From the IMG/VR virus record IMGVR_UViG_3300028594_000107, positions 1 through 26,178 of that record: a stretch of 26,178 nucleotides of DNA; one strand, given 5' to 3'. The notes under the pieces were generated by a model. It saw only the letters and a program-made list of their open reading frames with translations, searched no databases and was not told the DNA's origin. This DNA is from a virus (taxonomy: Duplodnaviria > Caudoviricetes). Made by a program: the position numbers and the translations under genes. Below, in pieces: positions 25,112 to 26,178 of this stretch. How positions within the stretch are numbered: position 1 is the first letter of the stretch; each line of letters begins with the position of its first letter.

Positions 25112-25125
25112 GTGTGATGCCCTCT

Positions 25126-25371
25126 CTAGAGTGCCAGCGGTTTACGCTTGTGCGATCCGCCGTGGTGTTTCCGCGGTTTCGGGTGCATGAGTTGATCGAT
25201 AGCGTCGAGATCGTCTTGTGTGAATCGGATCGATCGGCCATCGCGTCGGTGTGGCCATCCGCCCGGTTTGCCTTGCTGGTACATTCGGCATCGCCGCCAG
25301 ACAGTCTCGACGCCGTAGCGAGTCTTTTCTGCGACATCCTCAGCGGTGTAGTAGAGATCACTCTGTGACAT
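25126..25371 (-). CDS. Excisionase-like (MerR/HTH_17-type) DNA-binding protein
   Basis: YYTAEDVAE...ETVWRR...WPHRRDGRSIRFTQDDLDAI; first gene of the early operon. Confidence 0.8.
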   Translation of the reverse strand: MSQSDLYYTAEDVAEKTRYGVETVWRRCRMYQQGKPGGWPHRRDGRSIRFTQDDLDAIDQLMHPKPRKHHGGSHKRKPLAL

Positions 25372-25553
25372 GTGAGCCTCTTTCGGTTATGTGTTTTTCT
25401 GGGTGTGATCCACAAGTAAACACAAGAATAATCAAGTAATCAAGCCGAACTACACTCGTGTCGTTTAACATTTAAGTAATAGTCACGAGCTGACCTGGCC
25501 AAATGCGGAAAGAAAATCTTTTCTAAACCCATGTCTATGTGTATGCTGAACGC
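25372..25553. promoter_or_regulatory. Lysis-lysogeny switch region with divergent promoters
   Basis: AT-rich gap between divergent HTH genes; CAAG repeats at 25413, 25423, 25433 and 25441; TATGCT -10 lies 6 nt before the repressor ATG. Confidence 0.7.
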
Positions 25554-25973
25554 ATGAGCACACAACTCAACACAACCCAACGCAAGATCATCGCCCTGGC
25601 TAGGCTGCAGCGAGGCAACCGGACTCGCAAAGAGCTATTTGCCGACGAGGATCGGATCAGCTTTAACACCTATGCGAACTTTGAGTCTGGCAACGCATGG
25701 CCCCGCGCAGCTAACTTGCGCATCATCGAGGACTTGCTTGGATGGAAACAAGGTGTTATCGACGAGGCCCTGGCTAGTGACATGCCGGCAGGCGATCTCA
25801 CGCTTGCGCACATGCATGGCTCGATGTCATTCGATGGCGGCAGGATGTCGATTAGTGATTTTTCCGATGCGGAATACTTTGCAGATCTGCCTCGCCGGAT
25901 CCAGCGCATCGAGGAATTGCTGGCCAGGCTAGAGCAGTACGCACCGGACCTAAATAACGGTGCGCCGGCCTAG
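25554..25973 (+). CDS. Immunity repressor, XRE-family HTH
   Basis: Only credible plus-strand gene; ARLQRG..TRKEL...ISFNTYANFESG..WPR..NLRIIEDLLGW; likely leaderless start at 25554. Confidence 0.8.
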   Translation: MSTQLNTTQRKIIALARLQRGNRTRKELFADEDRISFNTYANFESGNAWPRAANLRIIEDLLGWKQGVIDEALASDMPAGDLTLAHMHGSMSFDGGRMSISDFSDAEYFADLPRRIQRIEELLARLEQYAPDLNNGAPA

Positions 25974-26149
25974 TTGCGAGAGTAGTGTGTGCGCATTGTC
26001 ACGACCGCGAGAGCGCGAGTGGAAAACCGACTAAAAACCGATGTGTCATTTTGTCACAAATCGGATAAAGTCAAAGCAATTAGAAAAAACTCAACACAAT
26101 AAGATCCGCGAGATCATGCGGATCGACCGCATAAACACAAGGTAGACGA

Positions 26150-26177
26150 GCAGGTTCAAATCCTGTCAGCCCGACCA
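26150..26177 (+). other. Attachment-site core: 3' end of a tRNA-Pro gene
   Basis: GCAGG-TTCAAAT-CCTGT T-arm + CAGCCCG acceptor strand + A-CCA, as in actinobacterial tRNA-Pro; no 5' half upstream. Confidence 0.85.
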
Positions 26178-26178
26178 A

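Larger units (their letters stand above)
1..26178. mobile_element. Temperate siphovirus / prophage of an actinobacterium (partial)
   Basis: Canonical order terminase-portal-head-neck-tail-tape measure, an early replication/recombination module, a divergent XRE repressor, and a tRNA 3'-end att core at the right edge. Confidence 0.95.

Noticed and set aside
26150-26177. Complete tRNA gene
   Set aside because: Only T-arm, 3' acceptor strand and CCA are present; there is no D or anticodon arm upstream, so it is called an att core
25554-26177. Integration-dependent immunity (attP inside the repressor gene)
   Set aside because: The repressor stops at 25973, about 175 nt before the att core
1-26178. 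CRISPR array, reverse transcriptase/DGR, integrase, lysis genes, methyltransferase
   Set aside because: No repeat-spacer periodicity or diagnostic motifs seen; integrase and lysis genes presumably lie outside the window

Overview
About 26 kb of a temperate actinobacterial siphophage or prophage; the host group is inferred from protein families and the tRNA-Pro-type att core. Almost everything is on the minus strand. From right to left: tRNA-Pro 3'-fragment att core at the window end, plus-strand XRE repressor divergent from an excisionase-like HTH gene, and an early recombination/replication region (SMC-like ATPase, RecE-like exonuclease, AAA ATPase, SSB, Holliday resolvase, iteron-bearing Rep, G39P-like helicase loader) with many micro-ORFs. 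Next come a candidate late regulator, HNH, a putative cos region, TerS/TerL, portal, head, neck and tail genes with a -1 frameshifted tail chaperone, tape measure and the start of a distal tail gene. Best leads: (1) a stand-alone, apparently catalytically dead copy of the terminase ATPase core in the early region (decoy hypothesis); (2) a lambda Q/pR'/tR'-like late switch whose promoter spacer 14-mer recurs at the lysis-lysogeny switch; (3) a G6-tract frameshift splitting a zinc-finger gene; (4) an insulated leaderless 46-aa membrane microprotein; (5) absence of several 6-bp palindromes alongside strong GATC enrichment. All calls come from manual reading, without database searches.
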